Positions 12,779 to 30,525 of a DNA stretch of 64,000 bases are shown here, in pieces (position 1 is the stretch's first letter; the number at the start of each line of letters is the position of its first letter). The stretch covers positions 62,186,001 through 62,250,000 of the forward strand of contig OX597817.1 of the NCBI GenBank assembly GCA_951406725.2. The letters run 5' to 3'. Below the pieces are notes generated by a model. That model was given only the letters and a program-made list of their open reading frames with translations. It was not told the origin of the DNA and did not search any database. A program made the position numbers and the translations under genes. The DNA is from Octopus vulgaris. Lineage: Eukaryota.

Positions 12779-13666
12779 AAAGGTGGTATCAATAAGTTCC
12801 TGGACTAGTTATGTTTAATAAAATATAATTATTTACACAAGTTATGACATCATCTCCTCCGAAATAGTTACTTTGCGTAGTAATACACCGGTTCTTGCAT
12901 TTCTGCTCCATTTGGGGTTCGGTCAGGAAGTCGTTTCTCGCATGAGAGTCGAGGATTTTCTGCGACTCGCTCTTAACCTCAACAGAGGTGTTAAAATGGA
13001 AGCCTTGAGAAAAGATAGAAGTCCGCAGGTGCTATATCTGGCGAATAGGGCGGGCGCTGAAGCAACACCATGTTGTTTTTGGCGAGAAACTCACGAATGA
13101 AGAGAACTTGGTAACAAGGGGCACTGTCGTCGTGAAGAATCCATTTCCTCGCACTCCACAGGTCCTGACGCTTCCGCCGATTGTCCTTTCTCAAACGCTT
13201 CACAATGTCATACTAGAACTCTCGATTCACAGTCTGGTCCGAAGGTACGAATTCTCGATGTGCAAAACCTCAGATGTCGAAAAAAGCTATGTACTCTGTT
13301 CCGCATTCTTCGGTCGTGGAGATGAATGGCACTTCCATTGTGACGACTGTTGCTTCGTCTTAGGGTTGTACCTGTAGACCTAACACTCGTCACCGGTGAA
13401 GATCCTCGATAGGAAGGATGCGTCATCAGTAGCACGTTTTACGGAGATCTTGACAGACATTTGACGCGATGTTTCTGACAAAATCGCATAAACGTGATCA
13501 CGAAAACAGAAATTTCACATCATGCGATGTAAACACAACAATGTTACTCAGGACACTGCCTCATGAAGCTTCCACTACATGCTAGCTTCCACTACGCACG
13601 CAACCGCTTGGTACCGTCAGTTGGCGCGCTGCTGATCTAATCCAGGAACATTTTGAAATCATTTCG
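12779..13666 (-). mobile_element. Decayed mariner element
   Basis: Minus-strand remnants TGDE-like motif, YNPKTKQQSSQW, WILHDDSAPCY, PPYSPDIAPADFYLF; TIR-like ends aaggtggtatcaataagttcctggactag / ctaatccaggaacattttgaaatcatttcg. Confidence 0.85.
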
Positions 13667-13691
13667 TATATCGGCATCTACATTTACAATG

Positions 13692-13784
<93 letters not shown>

Positions 13785-13790
13785 AATATA

Positions 13791-14641
13791 CAGGCTTCGA
13801 TGGTTAAATTGTCACCATATTATATTTTTAATTTCGTACATACGCACTGTTTCTTTTTGATTTTGTTTGCTAAAAAGTATATTACGGTCAGTTGGGCAAC
13901 ATCTGTGCGAAAAACAGCATCTTGTTGCAATTCATTCTGACAGAAACTTTGAAACGACATGCTGTACTACTTGGAATTGGCACCAGAAGCTCCAGTACGT
14001 ACATTTCAGAGTGTTTGGGTGTCAATCTGAGGACATGTATCGAAAGTGATAAAAATCAAACATACAGTCAGCATCATGGTGCTTGGAGTGAAAACTAGTG
14101 ATGGTGACATTTAGCCTCCATTCATCTTCTCACAAGGCCTCACACTGAACACGGAAGTCTACATCAAGTGCCTAGATGAGATAGTGCTGCCCCGGGTCAA
14201 GAGAGTGGCTGCTGGAACACCCAATGTGTAACAACAGGACTGTAAACAATGCCACACAAGCAGGAGAACCCGGTCATGGTTGTAAGACAATTTCTGTAAC
14301 CACTTCGCACCTATCATCTAGTCATCTATCTCTCCAGACTGCAAGCCCCCTTGATTATTATGTGTGGAACGCAGTTGAGCGAGAGACCAACAAAATCCTT
14401 GTAACACCAAAGATGAACTGCAGACAAGGATTATGACAGCGTTCACCAACTTAAACAAGGAGAGTTGCAGGAGGTTCCGAAGTTGCCTGGAGGCCGTGAC
14501 AGAAGAGAATGGCGATTTTTAGATATTTTGAAGATATCTTTATGTAATTTTGGTAAATATATCTGTTAAAATATATATATCTGTTTCAGTGTTATTTTCA
14601 ATTTTGCGTAATTTAGACGACAGTTTATTCATCGCACCCTA
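13791..14641 (+). mobile_element. Internally deleted DD37D (maT-like) element
   Basis: TA|caggcttcgatggttaaattgtc ... gacagtttattcatcgcacccta|TA; remnants QQDC..CHT and SPDCKPLDYYVWNAVE (frameshifted); homologous to 1-566. Confidence 0.8.
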
Positions 14642-14661
14642 TACATACATACATACACACA

Positions 14662-14733
<72 letters not shown>

Positions 14734-14841
14734 TAAATTAGAGATAAAACCACTATTAGGCAAAAACTCAAGCCAATACATAAAATTAATTAATTAATAT
14801 TATTTTAAATATATATCAAAATTATTAAAAAAAGATAATTA

Positions 14842-14899
<58 letters not shown>

Positions 14900-14933
14900 C
14901 ACATACAAACACACACTCACACACACACACATA

Positions 14934-14964
<31 letters not shown>

Positions 14965-15390
14965 GCACATATACATCAATTTAATTCAGCCTTTAACTTT
15001 GGAGTGTGTTTGATTAATTTAGTCCAAGGTATATCGGCTACAGCGGAGATGGATGGCATTCCTGATGGTATATGAAAATTTCTGTAAATATCGAGAGAGT
15101 TTATATAAATTTCATAAGGAAACTGGAATGAAAAATTTGTTATTTTGTTGTTTCGTGGTAGGAACATTACGTCAAAAGTAAATACACGCTCTGGCTAAAA
15201 TTCACTTTTTAATTATTAATCAATTCACTATTAATATAACTACAAAGTAACCGATTGCTTGCGTAATCATTCATTTAAACCACTGGTACTTAGCCATTTT
15301 TTACCTATTGTATAATCCTATAAATGTTTCACCGACATTTTACCAGATCATTGCGGTAATATTTTTTATTATATAAACACACACACACGC

Positions 15391-15459
<69 letters not shown>

Positions 15460-15789
15460 TTACTCGCCATACACACAAAAAAACGCACACGTACACACAC
15501 ATACTACAACAAAACACACACATGGGACGTACACACGCACGCACACATTCCCCTTCTTCCTCCTTTTGCACTAATAAACATATATCCCTGTCAGCTCGCA
15601 CACCGTTACTACTGCTGCTTGCCACTAGCCGTCGCCCAACATATACATACATACACACACACGCACACACTCACACACACACCCTCTTCATCTCACACAC
15701 TGTGTTTTACCTTCCTTCTTTTTCCGCTTTCCTGTCTTTGAAAACCTGTCCCCTCTTGTCCACAACTTTCGCCTTTCAGTATGTTTACC

Positions 15790-15980
15790 TCGTGAAGACC
15801 ACTCGCGTTTTTTTCCCTCTGTCCTCCCACCTCGGGATCTTTCTTTCTTTTATGTTTCCGACGAAGAGCTCCGCTCGAAACGTCATACCCTCCTTCTTCC
15901 CTTTTTCCTGAGCGCCTAATAATACTTTAATTGTTCCACCTCTTTGCGTTGTTGTCTTTTTTGTTTTCTTGTTTGGATTA

Positions 15981-15985
<5 letters not shown>
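15790..15985 (+). mobile_element. Penelope-like terminal-repeat fragment with hammerhead motif
   Basis: Contains the motif at 15853-15888; its 3' part recurs at 33822-33921; ends in (TA)n. Confidence 0.6.
15853..15888 (+). ncRNA. Minimal hammerhead-like motif (C4 variant)
   Basis: GTTT CCGACGA A GAGC tcc GCTC GAAAC GTC ATAC; ACGT palindromic helix III, GUC cleavage triplet, one mismatch in stem I. Confidence 0.55.
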
Positions 15986-16024
<39 letters not shown>

Positions 16025-16292
16025 TGTATGTATGTATGCATGTATATACAACTGCAAGCATACATGGAAATTTCTACACATATTCATATATATAAAAGTG
16101 ATTCAATATAGGCAGACATATACTCGTTTGCGCAAATACGCAGGTATATTGTCGCCCATTAACGCATAGATGCAAATGTTTGCGTATATACACATAACTA
16201 GGTGCATTTGATCATCAGATATCCCGATATATTCCAACATAATACTTTTCTTGAACCCAATTCATACAATGATATTTATATACGGGGGCACC

Positions 16293-16349
16293 TAATAAAT
16301 CTGAAATATATACGCGTTTAAAAATATATATATATATCTTCAAATGTAA

Positions 16350-16399
<50 letters not shown>

Positions 16400-16452
16400 A
16401 CATACATTTGAAGATATATCTATTTAAACGCGTATATATTTCAGATTTATTA
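16293..16452. repeat. Inverted repeat (~60-bp arms) around a (TA)n spacer
   Basis: taataaatctgaaatatatacgcgtttaaa...atcttcaaatgta / tacatttgaagat...tttaaacgcgtatatatttcagatttatta. Confidence 0.85.
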
Positions 16453-18426
16453 TATATATGTATATATACATACATATATACCTTCATATATATCATCATA
16501 TAGTTATATATCTTCTACAAACGCTTCTGTTTATATGTTCCTTATACATTTATGAACATATAATTTTACTTTCATCGTCATATATGTATATCTTCATATA
16601 TATATGTATATATATATATGAAGATGAAAGTAGACTTATACCTTCATAAATGTATATAGAACATATAACGGAGGCGTATGTACACGGTATTGATTCAGGA
16701 TTTCCCGACCATCATGTATATATTTGTTATAGAAATGTATGCACCTTTGAACATTTATATTGTCCCATATAATTGTATATTGACAGTTTTTTTTTCTATA
16801 ATCCCCATTCAACTATACAAATAAAAGCATATATGATTAGTTTTATGTGAATACATAGAGAAAAACTTTTTATCAGTACGCCATCCATACATATTATATT
16901 GTCATATGTTGTATTAAAAATTGCAGTCAATGAGGAATTAAGTCTGCAAATCTGTAGAAGCGGTAACAACTTTTGTGGCGATTGGTGACTACCATCAGAG
17001 ATATTAACAAAACAACGACTACGAAGGTATGTTACGAAAAATACGATGTTTCCAGTGAAGGTTTTGTCTAAGCATTATATAAAGAATGGGACTGAGTCTT
17101 CCAAATTTCCAATGGGTCTTCAAAAACAAAAACATTCTATCATTAAAAGTAAATGAGAAACAACAATCTTTTGGCAACATTTACATTCACTTCATTTTAC
17201 TAACTTGAATCCATTGCGTAGCTTATTAACGCAAACATTTTCTAAAGCAAGGCCACGGAGATCTTGTGTGCAAGGGTCATGCTTTCGAATGTAATATAAC
17301 CTCGTCTTGACTTTGTTGACCCTTTTCTTAGTTATCTGTGTTATATTTAGATAGAGAGAGAGATTAAGACAGCAAAGGAAGAACGAGACGTAATATATGT
17401 TATAAATTGGATGCATAATAAGTTAGAGTGAGTCGAATATAAAACAATCAGGTTTATTAGAAAGATCATTGTGTAAGTGTAATTCTCGCTAAAATATTAT
17501 ATACAGCGAGATAATTAATTGAACCTTACTATTGTTTCAATTTTATTATCTAGTCTTTCAATATTCTGAGATTAATTTACCACTACTATGAATATTATTT
17601 TTCAATAGAGTTTTACTGTTTTCGTCTTGTATGCAAATGTTGTCTCAGAAAAATTCCAACATTAGGAAAACTTTTCAGCTATATTTATTCGACAAAGAAA
17701 CAATGGTGGCGCTTATAGTTTGTGAGGGTATCAGCCTCGGCTGCGTGTTGAACAAAATTCTAGGGACATTCGGCTGCATTTTCTATTAGGTCTTTCCAGG
17801 CACGTGCAAGCAAATGCAAACACACATAAATACATACATATATGTATATGTACAAGCATGCACGAATACATGCTTGTATAAAGGAACATCAAATATCAAA
17901 TTCACGTATGTCCTCATCTTCATTTTTATCCGCAACGTCTTCGAAGACTAATCTTTCAGTATCATATCAAGTGGATGATGGAAAATATCATTGAAAAATA
18001 TTCAATCATTAAAAGTGAATGAGAAGCAAAGTCTTTCTATAAAATAATGATGAGTGAAAATACACATATAAAAAAAAAACTACACATGCAAAAATAAAAA
18101 AAAAAAATTGTAGCCGACTAAACCGTAGAGTGTGTAGCTTTTTATTAGAAAGTTCCGAATTCCACTTCAGGTTGGTCTTATTTTCGATTTAAATAAGTTT
18201 TCGTGTTTCTTAGAAAGTTTAAAATATATTTTAATATGCAAATATAGCTGACAACATTGTACTCATGAAACTGGTCACAACATGCACAGAAAGCTGAGAC
18301 TATACTGTCGGCAAATTAGGTATCCATCACAAATAAAGTTTCCTCTGAGTCAACATGTTCATAACTGTGGGTGACAGAAAAAGATAAATAGTAAAATACA
18401 GCAAGGTTTGTCACCCACAGCTATAA

Positions 18427-18496
<70 letters not shown>

Positions 18497-18505
18497 ACAC
18501 ACACA

Positions 18506-18554
<49 letters not shown>

Positions 18555-18850
18555 GAATTTATGTTGCAAGATTCCTGATGTAATGCCATGTTTTGTTATT
18601 GTTAAAGATATTGTTGTATTTCGGGACGGTCATTTTTTGGCCAAATAAACACGCGCACTAAATATTCGTTCTTCATTCGTTTATTGCTTTTCATATTCCA
18701 ACTCATGTCCATTGTGCGGAAATCTTTCATCACACATCTCTGACCTCCTTAGCGATACCTTCCGTCTTCGTGTTCTACTTATTCCATTCTTTGAGAATGC
18801 AATAAGCAGAGAAAGAAAACACACAACAAAAACAATGACAATCCAGGAAT

Positions 18851-18932
<82 letters not shown>

Positions 18933-19724
18933 AGAGAGAGAGAGAGAGAGAGAGATAGATAGATAGGTAAAGATATAGATATAAATATATATATTGATAT
19001 AGATATAGATATATATATATATATATATGTGTATGTATATATGTATGTATGCATGTATGTATGCATGTATGTATGTATGTATGTATGTATGTATGTATGT
19101 ATGTCTGTATGTATGTATGTATGTATGTATGTATGCATGTATGTTTGCATGTATGTATGTATGTATGTATGTTAAAAATATAAAAGTCACGTGTGAATAA
19201 TAATGAAACAGGTAGCTGAAATCGCGATCAGGCTAAAATTTTACTTTAGATTCATGGGGGAAAAAACTTGTATTATATGTAATACTTGTATATCCTCGTT
19301 GGAAATAGCATGCAACCATTTCTGAAATGATATATCACTATCTTAAAATATCAAGAACTTACCGATAATATAGAATTTATTGCCCTATGTCTGAAATACA
19401 AATGTGATATTCATGGTTTGAATGCCTGTGATTTTATGCTGTTTTGGATTGGATTTAAATACTTAAACAATAATTCAATAAGCTAAAGCTTGTTAGAAGT
19501 TTATGTTCTTAAATGTCAGTACCATGGTGAATGAAGATAATGGTAATTCAACGTCTCTTTGAGTAGATTGTACAACGCACAGGAACATGATTAGTTCCTT
19601 AAACATGAGCTATACAGAAATGGTTAGTTGGAGACTATTTGGATTTGGATTTTATTAGAATACAACTTAAAAACGTATCTTGTATGTTTGTGTCCTATAA
19701 GTAGTGTAGACAGACTTAGATGTG

Positions 19725-19878
19725 CCTGTGAGGTAAAAAGTTTGGTTCATAACAACATGGTTCGGATTTTAATCCCACTGAGTGGCACTACGGGCATGTG
19801 CCTTCTACTTGGCCACGTAGAAATCTTTTACTTCACTCGGACCGACAGTCTTGTGATGTTTATATCTGATTAAGTCAG

Positions 19879-19946
<68 letters not shown>

Positions 19947-20147
19947 TCCCAAATCACGGCTTGGCGACTGATGTTGGTTTCCTTACGTTCCCGTAACATT
20001 AGTAGTTCGGCAAAAAAGACCAGATAGATTGGATCTGTACCATGCATGTGAAAAAAAAAAGAAGTGAGGACGATTTGTTCGACTAAACCCTTCAATAGCC
20101 TGTTACAGTCCATTGAGTGAAGCAAGTAAACGGTAAAGGTTAAAAGA
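19725..20147 (+). mobile_element. Old, diverged copy of SINE family A
   Basis: aacaacatggttcggattttaatcccactgagtggcac, internal (TG)n, cagtccattgagtgaagcaagtaaa tail. Confidence 0.6.
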
Positions 20148-20267
20148 TAAATCTCTTTACTAACGATTTGGGTTCCTTATTAAACCTAATTATCTGCAGG
20201 GAAAAGCAAACTTTATTTGAAAATATTCTTTTATATTGAATGAGAATTCAAATCACCAATGCTGGGT

Positions 20268-20465
20268 GCAAATTTCGGTACAAGGCCAGCAAATTTGGAG
20301 AGAGGATAAGTCGATTACATCAAACCCTGTGTTCGACTGGTATATAGTTTATCGATAACATGAAAGGCAAAGTCGATCTCAGCAGAATTTGAACTCAGAA
20401 CATAAAGACAGACGAAATGTCGCAAAGTGTTTTGCCCAACGTGGTAACGATTCTGCCAGCTTGCT
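20268..20465 (-). mobile_element. tRNA-derived SINE family B
   Basis: Reverse complement of gctggcagaatcgtta...ttctgagttcaaattctgc...gactttgcctttcat, shared with six other copies. Confidence 0.75.
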
Positions 20466-21419
20466 GATTCATGTCACAAATAATAAAAAGAAAAGAATCT
20501 ATTATCTTTCAAAAATATTTTAATCGTTGAGTATAGAAATATAATATGGTGTTTGAAATGGGTGGATTTAAAATGCAAGCAGAAAGTGTATAATGAGCAA
20601 ATCCTAGATAATATCAATAAACAGTAAAAGAAAAACTCTCAACTCAACGTTGGCCTTAACTCCGAACGGTGTCCAGTTTAGCAGAAGATATCTTAGAGTT
20701 CATCTGTAAAGTACCATAGGCTCTTTAATAAGGACGCTTAAAATTTCAAGTCGTATGGAAAAAACATCACTGCCATGATAGCTTAATCTTTAGTTTGTAG
20801 AAAGGCTGTTGCATTTGCAGAGCATTTCATTCCTGTAGAGACAGATTACCACCGCTTTGGCCATGTCAGCTAGTTTGGCGGTGATGGTAATGATGATGGT
20901 GATGATGAGGATGATGATGATGGTGGTGGTGATGGTGGTAGTGGTGGTGACGGTGATGACGATAGTAAATGTTGATAAGATGAAGAGGAAGAGGAAGAAG
21001 GAGATGAGGAGGAGGGGGTAAAGGATATTCTGGTTGCGTCGGTTTCATAGAACGTCGAGGCTCCACTGGAAAGTTTTTAATCTTATAAATCAGGGTGAAC
21101 GGCAAACAGTTTAAAATTATTTTAGCAAAGGGTGATTAAAAGTTAGAGGCGAAGAGAAAATGTATGCAGGAAAGAAGCAGAGGTTTAGGACGAGAAGGAA
21201 AAAGAACAAATATTGGTGAGAAAATGCTAACTAGTTCGACGTTAATGAGTGAGTAACGGCAATAACAAAATTGCCAATAGCATATCTCTCCAACCATTTC
21301 TCAGCGCAACAACATTTGCTTACCATTTCCTGTCGATGCCTACCAAAATTCGTCTACCAAAAGCACATGAACTGTATGTATATATATATCGCCATGATAG
21401 ATCGTTAGCCACGACACAT

Positions 21420-21590
21420 TTTTTCTCTCCTTGTTTCTCTCTTTGTTTTTTTCTGCGTCCCTTTCTGTAGAAGAGCGTAGGCTCGAAACGTAAAAGACTT
21501 TTTCTATTCCTAAGCGTTATACTAATACATCTGTTTGTTTTGTACACCACCTGTCTTCGTCTTTTGTTTTTTCGTAAACTCTCCCTATAT
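21420..21590 (+). mobile_element. Penelope-like terminal-repeat fragment with hammerhead motif
   Basis: Contains the motif at 21461-21496; its downstream part is the reverse complement of 54865-54985. Confidence 0.65.
21461..21496 (+). ncRNA. Minimal hammerhead-like motif (U6 variant)
   Basis: CTTT CTGTAGA A GAGC gtag GCTC GAAAC GTA AAAG: 4-bp stem I, 4-bp stem II, ACGT helix III, GUA triplet. Confidence 0.65.
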
Positions 21591-22094
21591 ACATACATTA
21601 GGTAGTGGGGTCCAAACAACCATTTTTAAGGAATCTTAATTCCACAGCATGCACAGTTTCAAACAGTATTTTAAATAAAATATATGAAAATTAGGGTTAT
21701 GTGACCTCCTACCGTACCCCTCCCATACACCGTCCACAATTAAATACCTTAATTTTCTATATTAATCATATAATCTATAACGCATACATACTACATTGCT
21801 GATGGATATGAAACATTTGATCACATTTCACTGTAGAAACCTTGTTTGAAACATCTGATGAGTTAAGATAGCAAAGACATTGAGATATAGGATAATTTGT
21901 AGGTAGGTACACCTCCAACATGGTAAAATTACAACTTTTCAATATGTGTAAAATGATTTTTTTTTAGAAAATGTATACATTTGTTAAATTATTTTCTTTT
22001 GTCTTTCAGATTATTTCAGAGCTAAATTGTATTATAATTCTACAAAACTACCTGCATAAATTTAAAATGTAATAATTCAAGTATATAAAATCAT

Positions 22095-22977
22095 AGACTG
22101 GCAATTAGAAGTAAAAACCGTAATTCAGCATTTGGATTTCCTGCAGAATTTTTACAGCAAACACCAATGTTCTGGTTTCTTACCTAACTCACAGTCCCAC
22201 AACAGTTCATTATTGTTCCTGGGAGTTGTCTTGCGCAAGTTTACATATTGAGGTAAAAGGTAAGTGATTGTCCAAGTCAAACACTTTAAAAATTATGATA
22301 AATATTCATTGATCAAGCTATTGATATGCATGTGAGACAGTTTATATTAATTTTATTTTTCTATTGAATTATATAAATACTTGCTAAGTTGTCATGCTAT
22401 TGTATTATAATGATTAATTTATGAATGAATATTCTGTTTACCTTCTAATTGTTTGTTGTTTTCTTCTTTCAGATGCTTCGCATTTGTATGAATAAGGCAG
22501 GCAACTTCTGCTATATTCGTGGTAAAGTGACCTTTGCATTACAGAAGTGCCGTATAACTGATATGCTTAGAAAGACATATCACCTATATTATGGATGCAA
22601 GATTGGCGACCAGGATAGACCTTTTTCCGGCGAACTGTAGTGCGGTTAGTGATGAACAGTGAAATCTTTCACCAAGATATTTCAACCATGGAAAAGCAGT
22701 ACCAGAGCAAATAAAATACATAAATGCTTACCGACTATTCTTCAGCCCATAATAAGCGTCAAGCAAAAATGCAGTGAGTACATACGGACCAGCTTAAAAC
22801 ATGACATATATTGTACATTAATAAAGAAATAATTGTATATAAAATGTCGTGTATTTTTACGCGAATAGCTAGTAAGTATTTTTCATGGTGATATTTAGAT
22901 TCAAGACATGAAAATACATAAGGATTAACTAATCACATTTAAGAAGCAGACTACGTTTCTAAGAGTGTTAACCAATG
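22095..22977 (+). mobile_element. Internally deleted Chapaev3-like element (boundaries approximate)
   Basis: N-terminal MLRICMNKAGNFCYIRG...YHLYYGCKIGDQDRP joined directly to C-terminal AVSDEQ..FHQDISTMEKQYQ...MLTDY; same motifs as 5342-6768. Confidence 0.7.
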
Positions 22978-23223
22978 TTATAAGCTATAAAATGTCGCAC
23001 TGACATTCAGCCGTGGGTATACTTTCCTTATGGCGGAAATATTTGTACGTTAAAGGCAGTGATTACATAACTACTATTCATTTGCCTTTCTTTTATTAAT
23101 ACCTACATACATATATCTATATAGGTAGGCATGTAGATAGATACATAGATAGATAGATAGAAAGATAGATAGATAGATAGATGGATGGATGGATGGATGG
23201 ATGGATGGATGGATGGATGGATG

Positions 23224-23316
<93 letters not shown>

Positions 23317-23899
23317 TTGGATCCCTGCAAATACATGAATATATAATTCATATTCTGATATCGATAAAATATCTCAAATCATTAAATATACGTGTGTGTT
23401 TGTGTGTGTGTGTATATATATATACACATATTTATATCTATCTGTCTCTCTATCTATGTGTGTGTGTGTGTATACACATATTTATATCTATCAGTCTATC
23501 TATCTATATGTGTGTGTGTGTGTACGCGCGTGTGTGTATGTATATGTGTGTGTGTGCGTTATGTGTGTGTGTTTGTGCGTTTGTGTGTTTTGCATAGATA
23601 TGTGTATATATGGCAGAAATTATATATGCATCAAGTTGTTCTTAAATGTATCTCCAATTTACCTAATTAATAGCTCTCAGTTTCATGTTTTTCATTCTTT
23701 TTAAGTAAATTTCAATTAAAATAATTACATAATTGCCTCTATAAACGCCACATATGTTTCACTAACATTCCATTTAGCTCACTTTTGCAAATATATTAAT
23801 GGTTCCTACCAGTTCGATTATTCTAGTAATTGTTTTTGCAAAGTGAATGGTTGGTACGAATGTATGTGATCTCACCGACGTCTCTCGTATAGTATACGC

Positions 23900-24513
23900 A
23901 ATTTTATTATATCTTGGAAGGGTCGTTACGCTAATAATAAACACAGGCACTGGTTCAAATTCACTTCTTTATTATTATTTGCTTATTTATTTATCAAACC
24001 AACTAATCAATAGCTTGTTTCATTAGTCTGTTAAACAATCAGTGAGTTGTTTGTTAAAATCCTTCTGTCGTCATTCGCAGCTTCATCCATGACATACACC
24101 TCTCTCCTCCTGGGCCGCTTCAAGATTGATTGATTGTTCAATTCAGTTGTTCGTAACCTGGGCCCACTTGACACTTGGTGGTACATATCATAACATTTAA
24201 AAAAAAATTATGTGCAATACTTCTGTGCATTGACTTACCAAATATGTTAATTTTTTTATGTATTTAATGATATTTCATTCTAAAAATATAATGAGATTTT
24301 TTAAACCTCGAATGGTTGTGAAGACCCACTAGAATAAAATAGGAATCAAAGGGTAAGAAATTGATTGAGAACCACATTTTTAAATAAATGATAATGCCAG
24401 CGATCGGTTGTTTTGATGGTTAAAATGAGTAAACAATTAACTAACAAGAAAGAAGTGAATTTGAACTAATACGTGTGTTTACTATAGTAATGACCTTACC
24501 AAGACAACGAAAT
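23900..24513. mobile_element. Old MITE-like element with diverged ~70-bp terminal inverted repeats
   Basis: tcttggaagggtcgttacgctaataataaacacaggcactggttcaaattcacttcttt vs the reverse complement of aaagaagtgaatttgaactaatacgtgtgtttactatagtaatgaccttaccaaga; a related end lies at 8120-8190. Confidence 0.6.
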
Positions 24514-25019
24514 TTGTTTCAACGCTGGAGTTGATATTGAAAATATTGCAAGCCAAATACAAAAACAAAATATACAATTACTTCTATATATAAACAACTA
24601 CATACGACTTATTTCTATTTTTCACAACTAGGGCATATATCAGTGAAAGATTCATCGGCATTGTCTAAAAAGATTTTATGGACAATACAAGTGTTATTTT
24701 GATGTAAATAGAGGCAACTCCAGTTTCGATTTTATATATATGGAATTTTACTAATTTAAGCAAAGCATGCATGCATACAAGTTAGCATATGTACTTAAAC
24801 GTAATGTATCGGCATAGAAATGCCATGCAATAAAAGGCGAAGCTTTCAACATTCATGCTATGTTATAAGCTCTTTATATTCTAGATTTATGAAAACCTTT
24901 TAAGGATTGGTTACATTAGAGTCTGGTTTACGTAACAAAAGTAATGGTCTTGATATACACAGATATACACATATATACACATGCATACATATAGATATGC
25001 ATATATATGTATATATACA

Positions 25020-25062
<43 letters not shown>

Positions 25063-25428
25063 GCACACATACACACACAGACATATATATATATATATGA
25101 GTGTAGGTTGGTATGTACATCTATGTATGAATTTATGTGGCTGTAAGTAATTATTTATATATGCATGTAGTTATAAATGTCATAGATAGAGAAAAATGAT
25201 AGAGAGTGGGAATGGAACAGAGAGAGGGACACATTTACTAATGCGACTCGAACTATAAGAATTTCTGGGAATTTACCATAAACGAGAAACAACCAACTGA
25301 AACGTTATGACACTACATTAGCTTCGTGAAGCATAAAGTAAACGAAAATGATCGCTACGGGAGATCATGTATACATACACTATATACGCTTGTGTGTGTA
25401 TACACACATATATACATATACACATATA

Positions 25429-25484
<56 letters not shown>

Positions 25485-25518
25485 CTACATAAGTATACTC
25501 ACGCACCCAACTGAAAAT

Positions 25519-25570
<52 letters not shown>

Positions 25571-26303
25571 GGATATATATAAATATGTGTATATATGTAT
25601 ATATTCATATACGTGCACGTATAAATGTTTAAGTAAGGCCTGTATGTATTTATCATACAAATGCATACTCGTACAGAAGCTCAGTAGAGACGCAATACAT
25701 GCTAAAGCAGCTTGTACACATTGTTTCTGTGTTTCTATATTTCTATGTAAGCAAACATGCACAGATGAAAATGCATCAATAGATTGCGGGTATAAAGTAA
25801 CATAATTAAAAGAAATCGTCGCAGAGTTACTTTAAAATACATATGGATGTAAAAAAACTAGCGTAGTATACACAACCCTACATGTAGAAATATAATTTCC
25901 TATAGCATATCACTTACGTACGCACATGTAAGAGAATTAGGGCAAGAAATAGAGGCGTAGACTTAGGAAAGAAGGAATGCAATCTAAGTTGATTGAAACT
26001 ACACATAGATACAGATCCACATACGCATATACATACATATATTACACACACACACACTTATATATACATAAATATATCTACTACATGAGACGATCAACTA
26101 AATAAAAAAAATTTGTAGCCTTGATTTCACCTGCTCCACCCTACCCCAATTTGGATTTCTATTTATGTACCTATATGTATATATAAATAACAAATAAAAG
26201 ACAGAAGATGGAATATACGAGAATAAATTATTAATCACAACAATTGTTTCGACACATCTAGCATCGACTCCTCTTCTGGAACACAAAAGACTGGTACAGG
26301 AGC

Positions 26304-26384
<81 letters not shown>

Positions 26385-26539
26385 TGTGTGTGTGTGTACC
26401 CAAGGAAAAAAGCAACAAGAATGGATTAGTAGTTTAGTACAATTGTTTCGTACTAAGAACTTGTTGAGAAATTAAGTACCAGAATTCTGGTGCATCTAAG
26501 TTAAGTACCATATTCATTTGAATCTTAATTATTTTGCTG

Positions 26540-26579
<40 letters not shown>

Positions 26580-26816
26580 CGATGAATAGCTTCGCGTAAA
26601 GCATTGGTTCTCTTACTTTATTATCATCTTATAATCATCTCATAATAATGACCTTTATGACTCGTATTACTACCTCAGTCAATCTAAATGTATATATCTG
26701 TCGCTACCTGTCATAAATAGCCTTTTTCTATTTGCAATATGCATTTTCGTTGATTTTCATATTTTACCCTTACATTTCCACGTGTATTTTATATTTTCTT
26801 TTCGTAACATATTTCT

Positions 26817-26897
<81 letters not shown>

Positions 26898-26902
26898 CAT
26901 AC

Positions 26903-29891
<2,989 letters not shown>

Positions 29892-30525
29892 CGTGTGTGT
29901 GTAAACGTGCACCCATTTATTTGCACATATATTTACATAAATGCAGATGTGTACACACGCACGTACGAACCTTTAATATACACAACTAACCATATATTCA
30001 TTTACACACAAATTTGCATATTTACATGCACTCACATAAATATATATATATATATATAATTTTTTTACGTATATAATTATAAAGATATTATTACAGTTAA
30101 GGGCTACTGGAAATGACCAGCGCCAATGCTAGAAATAGGTATCGAATACCTACAATCCACTCTACAATTTGTTCTGTATATTCAGTCTATGTATACATTC
30201 ATACATATACAAATATATATATATATAAATATATTTATATATATATATATGTATGTATATATATATGTATACACGCACACATATATATATATATACATAT
30301 ATATAAACATATATATATATGTGTGTGTGTATATATATATCTGTAAATGTAATGTGTGACAATTATTCAGAAATCCACGCCGCCATCTCTTCAGTTATCC
30401 GGCCTCCTCTATTTGCATAATATGGAGGTATCTTTAATTCTTTTGTTGTCTTACCATTTCTATCAATATATGTATGTGTGTGTTTGTGTGTGTGTGTGTG
30501 TGTACATATATAGATGTAATATATA

